DNA from: Patescibacteria group bacterium
GTDB taxonomy: Bacteria; Patescibacteriota; Patescibacteriia; 2-01-FULL-39-33
Reading direction: 5' to 3'
Assembly: GCA_041662745.1 (NCBI GenBank)
Contig: JBAZRV010000003.1
Coordinates: 108,051-140,050 of the forward strand
Length of the DNA stretch: 32,000 nt
The notes under the pieces: generated by a model
The model's database searches: none
Seen by the model: only the letters and a program-made list of their open reading frames with translations
What the model was told of the DNA's origin: nothing
Position numbers and translations under genes: made by a program
Part shown: positions 8,272 through 17,706 of the stretch, piece by piece
How the letters are laid out: each line of letters opens with the position of its first letter
How positions within the stretch are numbered: position 1 is the stretch's first letter

Positions 8272-8631
8272 TTAGTTAGTGGTTTTCAACCGCTTAATCA
8301 TCTGATCGCGCAGTTTATTTTTAGGCAACATGCCCCAAACGGCTCGTCTGAGGACCTCGCCGGCATTGTCTTTCATGACCACGCTGGTTTTTTTGATTTT
8401 TAATCCGCCCGGATGGGTAGTGTGCCATTTGTATTCTTTTTGTTCCAGTTTCTTGCCGGTTAGTTTGAGCTTGGAACAGTTAGCGACCTCTACAAAATCT
8501 CCGGCATCAATATTGGGCGTAAAAGTGGCTTTATTTTTGCCACGTAAAATAATGGCGATACGCGTGGCTAAACGTCCGACCGGTTGGCCAGTAGCATCAA
8601 GCTGATGGGTTTTTCTTTCTATTTCTTTCAT
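8272..8631 (-). CDS. rplM: 50S ribosomal protein L13 (compact, 119 aa)
   Basis: DATGQPVGRLATRIAIILRGKNKATFTPN.D.GD.V.V and WHTTHPGG are L13 signatures. The gene is adjacent to rpsI. Confidence 0.9.
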   Translation of the reverse strand: MKEIERKTHQLDATGQPVGRLATRIAIILRGKNKATFTPNIDAGDFVEVANCSKLKLTGKKLEQKEYKWHTTHPGGLKIKKTSVVMKDNAGEVLRRAVWGMLPKNKLRDQMIKRLKTTN

Positions 8632-8644
8632 AAAATAAATTTAA

Positions 8645-8995
8645 TTAAATAAACTCAATGATAGCCACTTCCGCTCCGTCATTGACGCGTGGAGCTAATT
8701 TGACGATTCTGGTGTAGCCGCCTTTGCGATCTTTGTATTTCGGACCCAAAACTTCAAACAGTTTTTTGACCGCGCCTTGGGTGTAAAGCACCTTCAGGGC
8801 TTCACGGCGATTATGCAAAGTGTCGTTCTTGGCCAAGGTGATCAATTTTTCCACTTTGGGACGGGTTACCTGAGCTTTGGCCTTGGTGGTTTTGATTTTT
8901 TCGTAGACCACAAGAGAAGTAACCAAGCTGCGCAATAACGCTTCCCTTGGCGCCTTTTCACGACCCAATACTTTTCCTTTTCTGTTATGTCTCAT
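8645..8995 (-). CDS. rplQ: 50S ribosomal protein L17
   Basis: MRHNRKGKVLGREKAPREALLRSLVTSLVVYEKIKTTKAKA...GGYTRI. Confidence 0.95.
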   Translation of the reverse strand: MRHNRKGKVLGREKAPREALLRSLVTSLVVYEKIKTTKAKAQVTRPKVEKLITLAKNDTLHNRREALKVLYTQGAVKKLFEVLGPKYKDRKGGYTRIVKLAPRVNDGAEVAIIEFI

Positions 8996-9089
8996 AATAT
9001 GTTAGTCATAAAGTCTAAAGCCGAAGGTCTGGAAAGTTTAAAGAAAATCATTTAAACTCCGGGCTTGCGGTTTTTTGACTCAGTTCTGT

Positions 9090-9956
9090 TTATTCTTCAA
9101 TCTTTTTGGGGCGGCCGCGCTTTTTGGGCTTAGGCTCTTCCGTTGATTCTTCCCCAGCCCCTTCGGCGACTTCCGCGTTCTCTTCCAAAACTTCCTCAAC
9201 CTTTTCTTCAGCGGCGACTTCCGGCAGGATTATCGGCGCCTCAATATCAATTTCTTCTATTTCCCTGGTGCCGCCTTCCATAATCCAGCTAAACTGGTTG
9301 GTCAGGATTTCCGCCGCTTTTTTAACGGCATCTTCCGGGGAGATGGTGCCATCGGTTTCAACAGTTAAGATTAATTTATCATAATCGGTGCGTTGACCGA
9401 CGCGAGTCGCCTCTACCTCTAAGCCGACATTGATAACCGGCGTAAAAATAGAATCAGTCAAAATCGTGCCGATCTCGCCCTTGCCTTTATTCTGATCTTC
9501 CACCGGAACATAACCGATGCCTTTGGCTACGGTCAATTCCATTTCTATTTCGGCGTTTTCTGCGCTCAAGGAAGTGATGACGGCGTCTTTATTGACTACC
9601 TCGGCATCAACTGACTGCTGGATATCGGCGCCGGTAACTTTCTTTTTGCCTTCAGCTTTAAGTTGCAAGGTAACCGGTTCGTCGGAGTAAACCTTAAATC
9701 TTAAGGTTTTCAAATTAAGGATGATTTCCAAGACGTCTTCCGGCACATTCTCCATGGCTGAACATTCGTGCTTGACGCCTTTGATTTTAACGGCAGTAAC
9801 AGCGCCACCCGGCAGAGACGACAGTATGATGCGTCTTAGGGCGTTTCCTAATGTCAGGCCATAACCGGGAAAGCAGGGCTCAATTACAATTTGAGCTGAT
9901 TTGCCCGGAACCGATTCTTCAACAATGAATTTTTTAGGCAAAGGAATGTGTTTCAT
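9090..9956 (-). CDS. rpoA: DNA-directed RNA polymerase alpha subunit, N-terminal domain plus atypical tail
   Basis: The alpha-NTD motif [28 protein letters not shown] is present. The last 60 aa are acidic low-complexity ending in [13 protein letters not shown], with no recognisable alpha-CTD. Confidence 0.9.
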   Translation of the reverse strand: [288 protein letters not shown]

Positions 9957-10026
9957 AATATTTCCTCCTTGGCTGCCGGAACTTTAGCGCCGACAGCCTG
10001 TTAACTTAAAATAATTAAATTATTTA

Positions 10027-10665
10027 TTATTTGCTGTAGTACTCAACAATAGTTCGCCAATCAATATTAACGGCGATATCTCCTAATTTGGGCTGGCTGG
10101 TCACTTTTCCTTCAATCTTATCCGAGTCAATCGTCAGCCAGGCAGGAATGTTTGTCAGTTTGCTCAGTTTTTGTTTGATTTCTTTATAGCCGGAGCTTTT
10201 TAATATCTTGTCGGACAAAGCGATGACATCGCCGGTTTTGACTTGGTAAGAAGGAATGTTGACTTTTTCGCCGTTAACCCTGACATTGCCATGGCCGACC
10301 AACTGGCGGGCGGCGCGGCGGGAAGCGGCAAAACCCAAACGATAAACCGTATTATCCAAGCGTCCTTCCAAAAATCTAAACAGCCATTCGCCGGTATTGC
10401 CGACTTTGCTCAAAGACTTTTTAAAGTAAATTAAGAATTGCGCTTCATAAATGCCATACATGCGCTTGGCTTTTTGTTTTTCTGCCAATTGCTTGCCGAA
10501 ATTGGTTTTTTTACCAACACGTTGCAACGGGCCGTGCATGCCGGGAGGAAAATTGCGTTTAACCATCGGGCATTTGGCAGAGTTGCATTTTTCGCCTTTC
10601 AAAAATAATTTTTCACCGGCGCGGCGGCAAGATTTGCATTGAAGATTTCTAGTAAAGTTAGACAT
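10027..10665 (-). CDS. rpsD: 30S ribosomal protein S4
   Basis: N-terminal Cys cluster (CKSCRR..C..AKC) and an S4 RNA-binding domain (RLDNTVYRLGFA.SR..ARQLV.HG...VNG). Confidence 0.95.
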   Translation of the reverse strand: MSNFTRNLQCKSCRRAGEKLFLKGEKCNSAKCPMVKRNFPPGMHGPLQRVGKKTNFGKQLAEKQKAKRMYGIYEAQFLIYFKKSLSKVGNTGEWLFRFLEGRLDNTVYRLGFAASRRAARQLVGHGNVRVNGEKVNIPSYQVKTGDVIALSDKILKSSGYKEIKQKLSKLTNIPAWLTIDSDKIEGKVTSQPKLGDIAVNIDWRTIVEYYSK

Positions 10666-10692
10666 AAGGGATTAAGAATAGAAAAATAAAAA

Positions 10693-11169
10693 TTAAACGC
10701 GGCGCGGTCTGGGAGCGCGGCAGCCATTGTGAGGAATCGGGGTAATGTCTTTGATGCTGGAAACGATAAAACCATTGGCATTAATGGCGCGGACAGCTGA
10801 TTCGCGGCCGCCGCCGATGCCACGGACAAATACCGAGACTTCCTTTAAACCGTATTTTTTGACTTTTTCCGCAGCCGTTCTGACAATAATCGTCGCGGCA
10901 TAAGGAGTGGCCTTTTTGGGCCCCTTGAAACCGCATTGGCCGGCTGAACACCAGGACAACACATTGCCGTTTTGATCAGTGAAAGTGACAATGGTGTTGT
11001 TGTAGGTGGACTTAACGTAAGCCCGGCCGCTGGCTACCTGGCGGGCAGCGACGGTTTTTTTGACTTTCTTTTTCGACTTGTCGGCCGGTTTGGCGGCTTC
11101 GGCTTCAGCGTTAGCTTCTGCCGGAGCGGTCATAATGGTCGGTTCGTTTGTCAACAATTCTTCAGACAT
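10693..11169 (-). CDS. rpsK: 30S ribosomal protein S11 (with a roughly 30 aa Ala/Lys-rich N-terminal extension)
   Basis: [35 protein letters not shown] and the C-terminal [15 protein letters not shown]. Confidence 0.95.
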   Translation of the reverse strand: MSEELLTNEPTIMTAPAEANAEAEAAKPADKSKKKVKKTVAARQVASGRAYVKSTYNNTIVTFTDQNGNVLSWCSAGQCGFKGPKKATPYAATIIVRTAAEKVKKYGLKEVSVFVRGIGGGRESAVRAINANGFIVSSIKDITPIPHNGCRAPRPRRV

Positions 11170-11199
11170 AATTATATTGGTATTTGACTATTATATTGA

Positions 11200-11595
11200 T
11201 TAAGTTTTTTGGCTGGTGTCTTTTCTGCCCGAACCCATGGTTTTTCTAACATTGCCTCGCACGGTGCGGTTATTGGTTTTGGTGCGTTGGCCGCGAGCCG
11301 GCAAACCTTTCATGTGGCGGATTCCGCGATAAGACTTGATTTCTTTCAGGCGTTTGATATTGCTCATGACTTCTCGGCGCAAATCGCCTTCAATGTTAAA
11401 ACCGCCTTTTTCCACGGCCGTTCTTAAGGCGATCACCTGTTCTTCGGTCAAATCATTGACTCTGGTATCGGGATTGATTTTAACGCCGGCCAAAATTTTA
11501 TTGGCGCGCGGCTTACCGACGCCAAAAATATAAGTTAAAGCGATTTCTACTCTTTTATTGTTGGGGATAACGACTCCCGCGATTCTAACTGCCAT
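11200..11595 (-). CDS. rpsM: 30S ribosomal protein S13
   Basis: [27 protein letters not shown]...[17 protein letters not shown]. Confidence 0.95.
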   Translation of the reverse strand: MAVRIAGVVIPNNKRVEIALTYIFGVGKPRANKILAGVKINPDTRVNDLTEEQVIALRTAVEKGGFNIEGDLRREVMSNIKRLKEIKSYRGIRHMKGLPARGQRTKTNNRTVRGNVRKTMGSGRKDTSQKT

Positions 11596-11618
11596 AATTA
11601 TGTATAGTTTATAAATTA

Positions 11619-11732
11619 TTACCCTTGGCGTTGTTTATGCTTGGGATTTTTGCAAATAACAACCAGACGCTTTTTGCGCCTGATGACTTGGCAATCCTTG
11701 CAAATTTTTTTAACTGAAGCTCTAACTTTCAT
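11619..11732 (-). CDS. rpmJ: 50S ribosomal protein L36 (37 aa; below the ORF-track cutoff)
   Basis: Hand translation gives [37 protein letters not shown]. It sits between infA and rpsM as expected. Confidence 0.9.
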   Translation of the reverse strand: MKVRASVKKICKDCQVIRRKKRLVVICKNPKHKQRQG

Positions 11733-11827
11733 AAAGATAAAAATTGAGAAATAAGAAATTAAGGTAGGCAAAACTCACTCTTGGCTTTTAGCCATTAGCT
11801 GTATGCTATGTGCCATAAGCTACTGTG

Positions 11828-12067
11828 TTAATAACGATAAGTGATGCGTCCGCGAGTCAGGTCATAGGGCGTCATTTGGACTTTGACTTTGTCTCCGGGC
11901 AACAGGCGGATGTTAAACATTCGCATCTTGCCGGATAAATGAGCCAAAATCTCATGGCCATTCATTAACCGGACGCGGAAGTTGGCTGACGGCAATGATT
12001 CCGTCACCTCGCCATCCAACTCCAAGAAATCCTTAGAGTCAGCGGCATTTTCTGGTTGTTGTGACAT
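11828..12067 (-). CDS. infA: translation initiation factor IF-1
   Basis: [64 protein letters not shown]. Start placed at the ATG (MSQQPEN) rather than the upstream TTG. Confidence 0.9.
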   Translation of the reverse strand: MSQQPENAADSKDFLELDGEVTESLPSANFRVRLMNGHEILAHLSGKMRMFNIRLLPGDKVKVQMTPYDLTRGRITYRY

Positions 12068-12258
12068 TGTAAAGTTATTCTTTAATAACAAACTACTTAA
12101 TTATTATTTGTCGTTTTACTTTTTAACGGGTAAAACTGTAAATAAGGCTATGTTTTTTTCAGATAAAACAAAAACTCACGGCTCCCTTCTTTACATCCAA
12201 AATCGACCATACTTTTAAGGAAATTAAGCCAAATTTTGTCTTTTTCAAATCTGAGATA

Positions 12259-12286
12259 ATTATAGCAGATTGAGTAATTTTGTCAA
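12259..12286 (-). promoter_or_regulatory. sigma70-like promoter of the infA-rpsI operon (a second candidate lies at 12307-12335)
   Basis: Minus strand TTGACA (12286-12281), 16 nt spacer, TATAAT (12264-12259). The upstream candidate is TTGACA (12335-12330), 17 nt spacer, TAAAAT. Confidence 0.55.
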
Positions 12287-12364
12287 TACTTGCCGAATTT
12301 AATTTAATTTTATAGTAATTTTAGCCTATTGTCAAGAAAAACCCGTTGCCGGATGGCAAACGGG

Positions 12365-12562
12365 TTAAGTTTTTGGTTTGCCAGCCTCACCCCGTTCACC
12401 TAATTGATCTCTTAGGCTTTTGTTCTCTCGGCGCAAGCGTTCATTGTCATTGGCGATTTGCATAACGCCGTAAAATATAAAACCGAAAAGCGCTAAGATA
12501 AAAATAAAAATAAGGTAGTGCTGGCAAAAAATTAAAAGAACTAAATAAAGCGATTCTTTCAT
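12365..12562 (-). CDS. small membrane protein with one TM segment plus a short coiled coil, 65 aa
   Basis: Hydrophobic N-terminal half followed by NERLRRENKSLRDQL. A hairpin terminator aacccgtt/aacgggtt overlaps the stop. Function not assignable. Confidence 0.45.
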   Translation of the reverse strand: MKESLYLVLLIFCQHYLIFIFILALFGFIFYGVMQIANDNERLRRENKSLRDQLGERGEAGKPKT

Positions 12563-12619
12563 TATCCCTCCTTTCGCAGCCGTTGTTTCGGGTAATTCTA
12601 TGATGCCGGTAATTAATAA

Positions 12620-14398
12620 TCAATCCAAAATCGCCTTAATGCGTCTGATGCCGGACGAGGATGCCTCTTCTTTGATAATTTTGAAGTGCCCCAGTTCGCC
12701 GGTATTTTTGGCATGCGGTCCGCCGCAAATCTCTTTGGAGAAGCATTGTTCAAAAGTGGAGTCGCCGCCGATGCTGTAAACCTTGACGCGATCGCCATAC
12801 TTGCTGTCAAAGATTCCCATGGCGCCGCACTCGCGGGCCTTTTCAATGGATAATTCTTCGCTGATAACGGGCAAGTTTTTTGCTATTTGTTCGTTGACCA
12901 AATCTTCTATTTGCTTTAACTGTTCCGGCGCAACCTTTTCCGGATGCGAAAAATCAAACCGGATGCGTTCGGCGGTAATATTGGAACCGCGTTGAAATAC
13001 GTGATCACCCAGGATATGACGCATGGCCGCCAGCATTAAATGAGTGGCCGTGTGCATGCGCGCCGACAGTTCGGTGTTGTCGGCCAGTCCGCCTTTGAAT
13101 TTCTTTTCCGCTCCTTGGCGCGAGGTTTGCTGATGCTTGGAAAATTCCTTTTGATATTCTTCTTCATCAATTATCAGATCTTTTTCTTTGGCTAATTCAC
13201 GCGTCATCTCAATAGGAAAACCGTAAGTGGAAAACAGTTGGAAGGCATCGGCGCCGGAAATTTTTTTGTCTTCTATTTTTAATTTATCAAATTTTTTCAA
13301 ACCGTTTTCTAAAGTAATGTTGAATTTTTCTTCTTCCTTATTAAGCTCGTCAATAATTTGGTCGCGTTTTTCCCGCAATTCTTTGTAGAATCCGCCCTGC
13401 AATTCAATCACCGCTTCGGCCACTTGAGAGGTGAAAGGAGAATTAATGCCCAGTTCGGCGCCGAAGCGGATGGCGCGGCGCAACAAACGGCGCAAGACAT
13501 AACCCTGCTCCACATTAGACGGAATTACGCCGTCAGCCAACAGAAAGGCGGCGGCGCGCAAATGATCGGCAATAATCCTGACCGGTCTTAATTCCTCCGG
13601 TTCCAGTTCGTCAGGCAAAAGGCCGCCTAAAGCGCAAACTTGGGCGACAATGCTGTACAGCGGATCAATATCGTAAGCGCTGGACTTGCCGTCCAGAGTG
13701 GCCACGGTGCGCTCCACGCCCATGCCCGTATCCACGTTTTTCTGTGTCAGCTCTTCATATCTGCCGTCGGCGGTTTTATTGTAAACCATGAATACGTTAT
13801 TCCAGATTTCCACCCAACGCTTGTCGTTCGGATCAAATTCTGTTGGTGCCGGTTCTTCGCCGGACCAATAAAACATTTCCGTATCCGGACCGCAGGGACC
13901 GGTTTGGCCGGCCGGGCCCCACCAATTGTCGGCTTTGGGCAAATAAGCGATGCGCGCCGGCTGAACTCCCAGTTCCTGCCAGAGAGCGAATGATTCCCGG
14001 TCTTGCGGCGCGTCATCATCGCCGGCGAAACAAGTAAAGGCCAGTTTATCCAAAGGAATGCCTAATTCTTTGGTTAAAAAATTAAAACTCAAAGTAATAG
14101 CTTCTTTTTTGCCATAATCGCCCAATGACCAATTGCCTAACATCTCAAATAAAGTCAAATGCCAAGCATCGCCGACATCGTCAATGTCGCCGGTACGAAT
14201 GCATTTTTGGACATTGGCCAAGCGTTTGCCGCAAGGATGTTTTTCGCCCAAGAGGTACGGCACTAAGGGGTGCATGCCGGCGGTGATGAATAAAGCGGTC
14301 GGATCATTTTCCGGCACCAGAGGCGCGCCGGGAATAATTGCGTGGCCGTTCTTTTCAAAATATTCAAGAAATTTTGTTTTTAAATCCTTAGTAGTCAT
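12620..14398 (-). CDS. alaS: alanine--tRNA ligase, short form (592 aa) ending after the editing domain
   Basis: Class II AlaRS N-terminus (FLEYFEKNGH..PLVP.NDPT.LF..AGM). Editing-domain motifs HTATHL..A..ILG and CGGPH are present. The ORF stops about 25 aa after CGGPH. Confidence 0.95.
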   Translation of the reverse strand: MTTKDLKTKFLEYFEKNGHAIIPGAPLVPENDPTALFITAGMHPLVPYLLGEKHPCGKRLANVQKCIRTGDIDDVGDAWHLTLFEMLGNWSLGDYGKKEAITLSFNFLTKELGIPLDKLAFTCFAGDDDAPQDRESFALWQELGVQPARIAYLPKADNWWGPAGQTGPCGPDTEMFYWSGEEPAPTEFDPNDKRWVEIWNNVFMVYNKTADGRYEELTQKNVDTGMGVERTVATLDGKSSAYDIDPLYSIVAQVCALGGLLPDELEPEELRPVRIIADHLRAAAFLLADGVIPSNVEQGYVLRRLLRRAIRFGAELGINSPFTSQVAEAVIELQGGFYKELREKRDQIIDELNKEEEKFNITLENGLKKFDKLKIEDKKISGADAFQLFSTYGFPIEMTRELAKEKDLIIDEEEYQKEFSKHQQTSRQGAEKKFKGGLADNTELSARMHTATHLMLAAMRHILGDHVFQRGSNITAERIRFDFSHPEKVAPEQLKQIEDLVNEQIAKNLPVISEELSIEKARECGAMGIFDSKYGDRVKVYSIGGDSTFEQCFSKEICGGPHAKNTGELGHFKIIKEEASSSGIRRIKAILD

Positions 14399-14640
14399 AA
14401 TATGACGTATGGTTTATGGCGCATGATAAACAACCGATAACCCCTGATTAATTTTAGTTTATTGGAAGTCCTTTGAATACCCCGACCGCTTGGCGGCGGG
14501 ATCAACTTCATGTATGAAATCATAACAAAATCAGCTGATTTTGGCAAATTTGAAATAATTAAAGCAGGATTGAATAAATCATGAAAAATGAAAACGCCCG
14601 GCAGTTATGTACCGCGCGGGCGTTAAGGTGCTTTGGATTA

Positions 14641-15180
14641 TTAATTTGTTTCTTCGCAAACTTCTTTCTTGAAGACTAGTTTGACGCTTGTGATCCCCGG
14701 CAGATTATCTTTCCACCACTGGGCCGCCTCGGGATTTTTCTTTTTCAGCAATTCAATTGCCTCATTTCCGTAAACTTCATAACCCCCAAGATTTTCCGGT
14801 CGACCCCCCCGGACACCAATTTGGCGGCCGGTTGCAGTACTCGGTACTGCCGACAATTTCAAACCAATCCATGCTTGACGTACCCATTCAGGGGCTTGTC
14901 CCGGCGGAATCGCGATGATTTTAATTTTCATTCTGTCCTCCTCATGCATTGTTGGCGTTTCAACTGTTGCAGCTTCTTTTTTGTTTTTCTGCTCCAGCGC
15001 TTCTAAATATTTCTTATAGCCGGGAAAATACATATGAATTCCTCGGACTGCCCCACTTACACTATCGCATTTTTGTTCAATTACCGCATCGCAATCTTCG
15101 CAGCCAAACCAATTCATGCCACTGTGCCGATACAGCTTGGGTAGTAGTATCATTTCTTTACCGCATGTTTGACAACGCAT
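14641..15180 (-). CDS. hypothetical protein with an N-terminal zinc ribbon (179 aa)
   Basis: CQTCGK...GCEDCD at the N-terminus. The remainder is unrecognised. A terminator hairpin lies at about 14594-14626. Confidence 0.55.
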   Translation of the reverse strand: MRCQTCGKEMILLPKLYRHSGMNWFGCEDCDAVIEQKCDSVSGAVRGIHMYFPGYKKYLEALEQKNKKEAATVETPTMHEEDRMKIKIIAIPPGQAPEWVRQAWIGLKLSAVPSTATGRQIGVRGGRPENLGGYEVYGNEAIELLKKKNPEAAQWWKDNLPGITSVKLVFKKEVCEETN

Positions 15181-15182
15181 AA

Positions 15183-15968
15183 TTAAATTCCTCCTTGATC
15201 TGTTGCAGTTTTATTTTCCCCATCTTCAAACACTTGCTCTATGATTTTTTTCAATTTTCTCCTTAATTCATTAAAATCCAAATTCTCATATTCCGCAGGA
15301 GTGACCGGCTTTAGAAATTCAAAAGTTATGATTCCCGGCCGAACCAACAAACTGCCGCGTTTCCAAGACTCATAAGCGCCTCGGATCACGCAGGGAATAA
15401 TGACGGGTTGGGCATTTTTGGCTAAGTGAAAGGCGCCCTTTTTGAATTCTTGCGGGTGGCCGGTTTTGCTCCTCTCGCCTTCCGGAAAGACCGCCAGCGA
15501 TTCGCCGGCTTTAATCGCTTTTTCTATTTTTTTCATGGAGGCGATCGCCTGTCCGCGATCCTTATTGTCTACGGGAATAATGCCGTGGGCTTTCATCATC
15601 CAGCCCCAAACGGGCAGGCGGAAATATTTGGCGGCGCCGACGCCGGTAATCCGTTGCGGCATGGCATAAGCCACTAAAAAAGCGTCCAGAAACGATTGAT
15701 GATTGATCAAATATAAATACGGTCCGGCAGCCCGATCGGGTATTATACCCTTAATCACCACTCGTTGCCCGAGTGTTTTTAGGCAAAACCAACCGCAGGG
15801 TCGGATCCAAAAACGCCACAATAATTCTCGTGGCAGAAACAACAGCCAGAACATATAGAAATTGGCGCAAATAAACACAGTCAAGACAAAAAATAACAGG
15901 GCAATCAGCGAGCGCAAAACACCAAAAAGATCATACAATAGTTTCCCCGCCTTAACTGTTGTTTTCAT
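15183..15968 (-). CDS. plsC: 1-acyl-sn-glycerol-3-phosphate acyltransferase family protein
   Basis: Acyltransferase motifs NHQSFLDAF (HX4D) and FPEGERSKTG. Start set at MKTTVK (ATG 15968) to avoid a long overlap with the upstream gene. Confidence 0.8.
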   Translation of the reverse strand: MKTTVKAGKLLYDLFGVLRSLIALLFFVLTVFICANFYMFWLLFLPRELLWRFWIRPCGWFCLKTLGQRVVIKGIIPDRAAGPYLYLINHQSFLDAFLVAYAMPQRITGVGAAKYFRLPVWGWMMKAHGIIPVDNKDRGQAIASMKKIEKAIKAGESLAVFPEGERSKTGHPQEFKKGAFHLAKNAQPVIIPCVIRGAYESWKRGSLLVRPGIITFEFLKPVTPAEYENLDFNELRRKLKKIIEQVFEDGENKTATDQGGI

Positions 15969-16353
15969 TGGTTTTCCTTTCCGGTTTTGAGGCGCGTTTT
16001 TTCCGCCTGCCCGTTCGCAAATAATCAGCAGGAGAAAAGTCAATTAGCGGCGGCGGCGTACCGTCTTTTTCCAAATTGGCGACAATTTGGCGATAGCGAA
16101 CGACCTTAGCTATTTCCTCGGCGTAAACATGAAAATAACGATCTAACGGCGATTGCCGATTGTCGCTGCAAGAAATACCAGCAGTCAATTCAAAGACATT
16201 GCCGCACTTTTTACAGCCCCAGAAAACCCGGTCGTGAAGCTCGGTTCCCGGATTTGATAATCTTGGAATTTTGGGTAAACGCCTTAACGCCGGTATCTTT
16301 TTTCTTGACGGCTGATGTGACCGGCGACAAATCGGGCAAAACATTTTTTCCAT
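15952..16353 (-). CDS. hypothetical zinc-ribbon protein
   Basis: CPICRR ... GCKKCGN pair. Start set at the ATG (MEKMFCPIC) because the track start is a TTG. Confidence 0.5.
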   Translation of the reverse strand: MEKMFCPICRRSHQPSRKKIPALRRLPKIPRLSNPGTELHDRVFWGCKKCGNVFELTAGISCSDNRQSPLDRYFHVYAEEIAKVVRYRQIVANLEKDGTPPPLIDFSPADYLRTGRRKKRASKPERKTNENNS

Positions 16354-16452
16354 TGTTTCTGCATCCTTATTGTTGTGATTCAATTGTCAAGGTTCTTAGT
16401 TGATTATTATTAACTATCATTGAGTTTTTGTCAATCTAATCAAAAATGGTTA

Positions 16453-17529
16453 TTAACCGCTGATGATTCCTCCGCCGAGCAATTTATCGCCGTCATAAAA
16501 GACGATTGATTGTCCGGGCGTAGCGGCGCGAGGCGGACGTGCGAATTCCGCTACGTAGCGCCGGCCGATTTTTTTGATTCGGCATTTTTCCGGTCGGGCC
16601 TGATAACGGATTTGCGCTTCACAGGACAAGGGTAAATTGATTTCTCCCGCCAGCCAATTAGCCGATTTAAAAAACACTTGGCGGCCATGCAACTTGGCGC
16701 TGTCGAATTTTTTTGACACTATCAGCTCGTTTTTTTTGCGATTAAAAGCGATCACATACCAAGGCCCGCCGGATAAGCCGATGCCGCTGCGCTGGCCCAG
16801 GGTGTAAAGAGCCAGCCCTTGATGCGCGCCGATAATTTCGCCTGCTTCATTAATGATTTTACCCGGCTTTAATTTTAAATATTTTTTCAGGAATTCCGCG
16901 TAGCTTTGGCCGACAAAGCAGATTTCTTGGCTGTCAGGCTTGGCGTGCACGGCCAAACGGAATTTTTTGGCCAATCCCCTCACCTGTTCCTTGGCGTAAT
17001 CGGCCAAAGGAAACAAAAGGTGTTTTAACTGTTCTTGCTTTAAATTATATAAGAAGTACGTTTGATCTTTATTTTTGTCTTTGGGACGGTATAATTCAAA
17101 TTGATTTTCAGTTTGCGGCTTGAGTCGCGCATAATGGCCGGTGGCCACATAATCAGCATCAAAGACAGTGCGAGCATAATCCAATAACAATTTAAACTTG
17201 ATGAATTTGTTGCAAGCGACGCAAGGATTGGGCGTACGACCGGCCTTGTATTCGGCCAAGAACTCGTCAACGATTATTTTTTTGAATTGTTTGCCGAAAT
17301 TAACCTTATGAATCGGGATATCCAGCACGTGCGCCACTTCCCTAGCCTCGTTCCAAGCCGCCAAACTGCAACAGCGGTTCTCGCCGTACTTCTCTCCGCT
17401 GGGAAACCAGAATTGCATAAACACGCCCACAACATTATAGCCTTGGTTTTTCAATAGCGCCGCAACTGCCGAGGAGTCCACTCCGCCGGACATGGCCACT
17501 ACGACTTTTTTATTTTGGTTTTTTTTCAT
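16453..17529 (-). CDS. mnmA: tRNA 2-thiouridine(34) synthase MnmA
   Basis: PP-loop VVVAMSGGVDSSAVAALL, followed by NPCV.CN, TGHYAR and DQTYFL motifs. Confidence 0.95.
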   Translation of the reverse strand: MKKNQNKKVVVAMSGGVDSSAVAALLKNQGYNVVGVFMQFWFPSGEKYGENRCCSLAAWNEAREVAHVLDIPIHKVNFGKQFKKIIVDEFLAEYKAGRTPNPCVACNKFIKFKLLLDYARTVFDADYVATGHYARLKPQTENQFELYRPKDKNKDQTYFLYNLKQEQLKHLLFPLADYAKEQVRGLAKKFRLAVHAKPDSQEICFVGQSYAEFLKKYLKLKPGKIINEAGEIIGAHQGLALYTLGQRSGIGLSGGPWYVIAFNRKKNELIVSKKFDSAKLHGRQVFFKSANWLAGEINLPLSCEAQIRYQARPEKCRIKKIGRRYVAEFARPPRAATPGQSIVFYDGDKLLGGGIISG

Positions 17530-17643
17530 ACTTCAATCATAACCGATATTTTTCAGAAAAACAAACAAGGGCCGGCTAATCGACTGTGCAAATCACAAGC
17601 CCCCTTAAGGCGCCTAAGCGCTTGATCGTTAAAATATTATTAA

Positions 17644-17672
17644 TAAAAAAACGCCGAAAAAATTTCCGGCGC
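17644..17672 (-). terminator. rho-independent terminator after the 17707-18447 gene
   Basis: cgccg(a)aa/ttccggcg hairpin followed on the minus strand by T7. Confidence 0.45.
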
Positions 17673-17706
17673 AGTTGTCAAAATGATCAGGTTACCAAAA
17701 AGCGTC

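Noticed and set aside
12783-14405. Multiple plus-strand ORFs (60-117 aa) opposite alaS, with similar antisense ORFs opposite rpoA, rpsD, rpsK, rpsM, the dikinase-like gene, the recombinases and the radical SAM genes
   Set aside because: These are shadow ORFs antisense to strongly supported genes. They have no SDs and no recognisable motifs.
14399-14640. T-box or other riboswitch in the alaS leader
   Set aside because: The leader from the candidate promoter (TTGCCA..TATGAT) to the ATG is only about 125 nt with one modest hairpin. No T-box sequence or specifier-loop architecture was recognisable.
15969-16043. Longer ORF-track starts for plsC (16043), rpsI (8271), infA (12091), the XRE gene (25617) and the zinc-ribbon gene (16383)
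   Set aside because: Except for plsC, the extended starts are TTG codons that abut or overlap the preceding gene; downstream ATGs give proteins of canonical length. The plsC extension was trimmed only to avoid a long overlap with the upstream gene, and I did not check its start codon.
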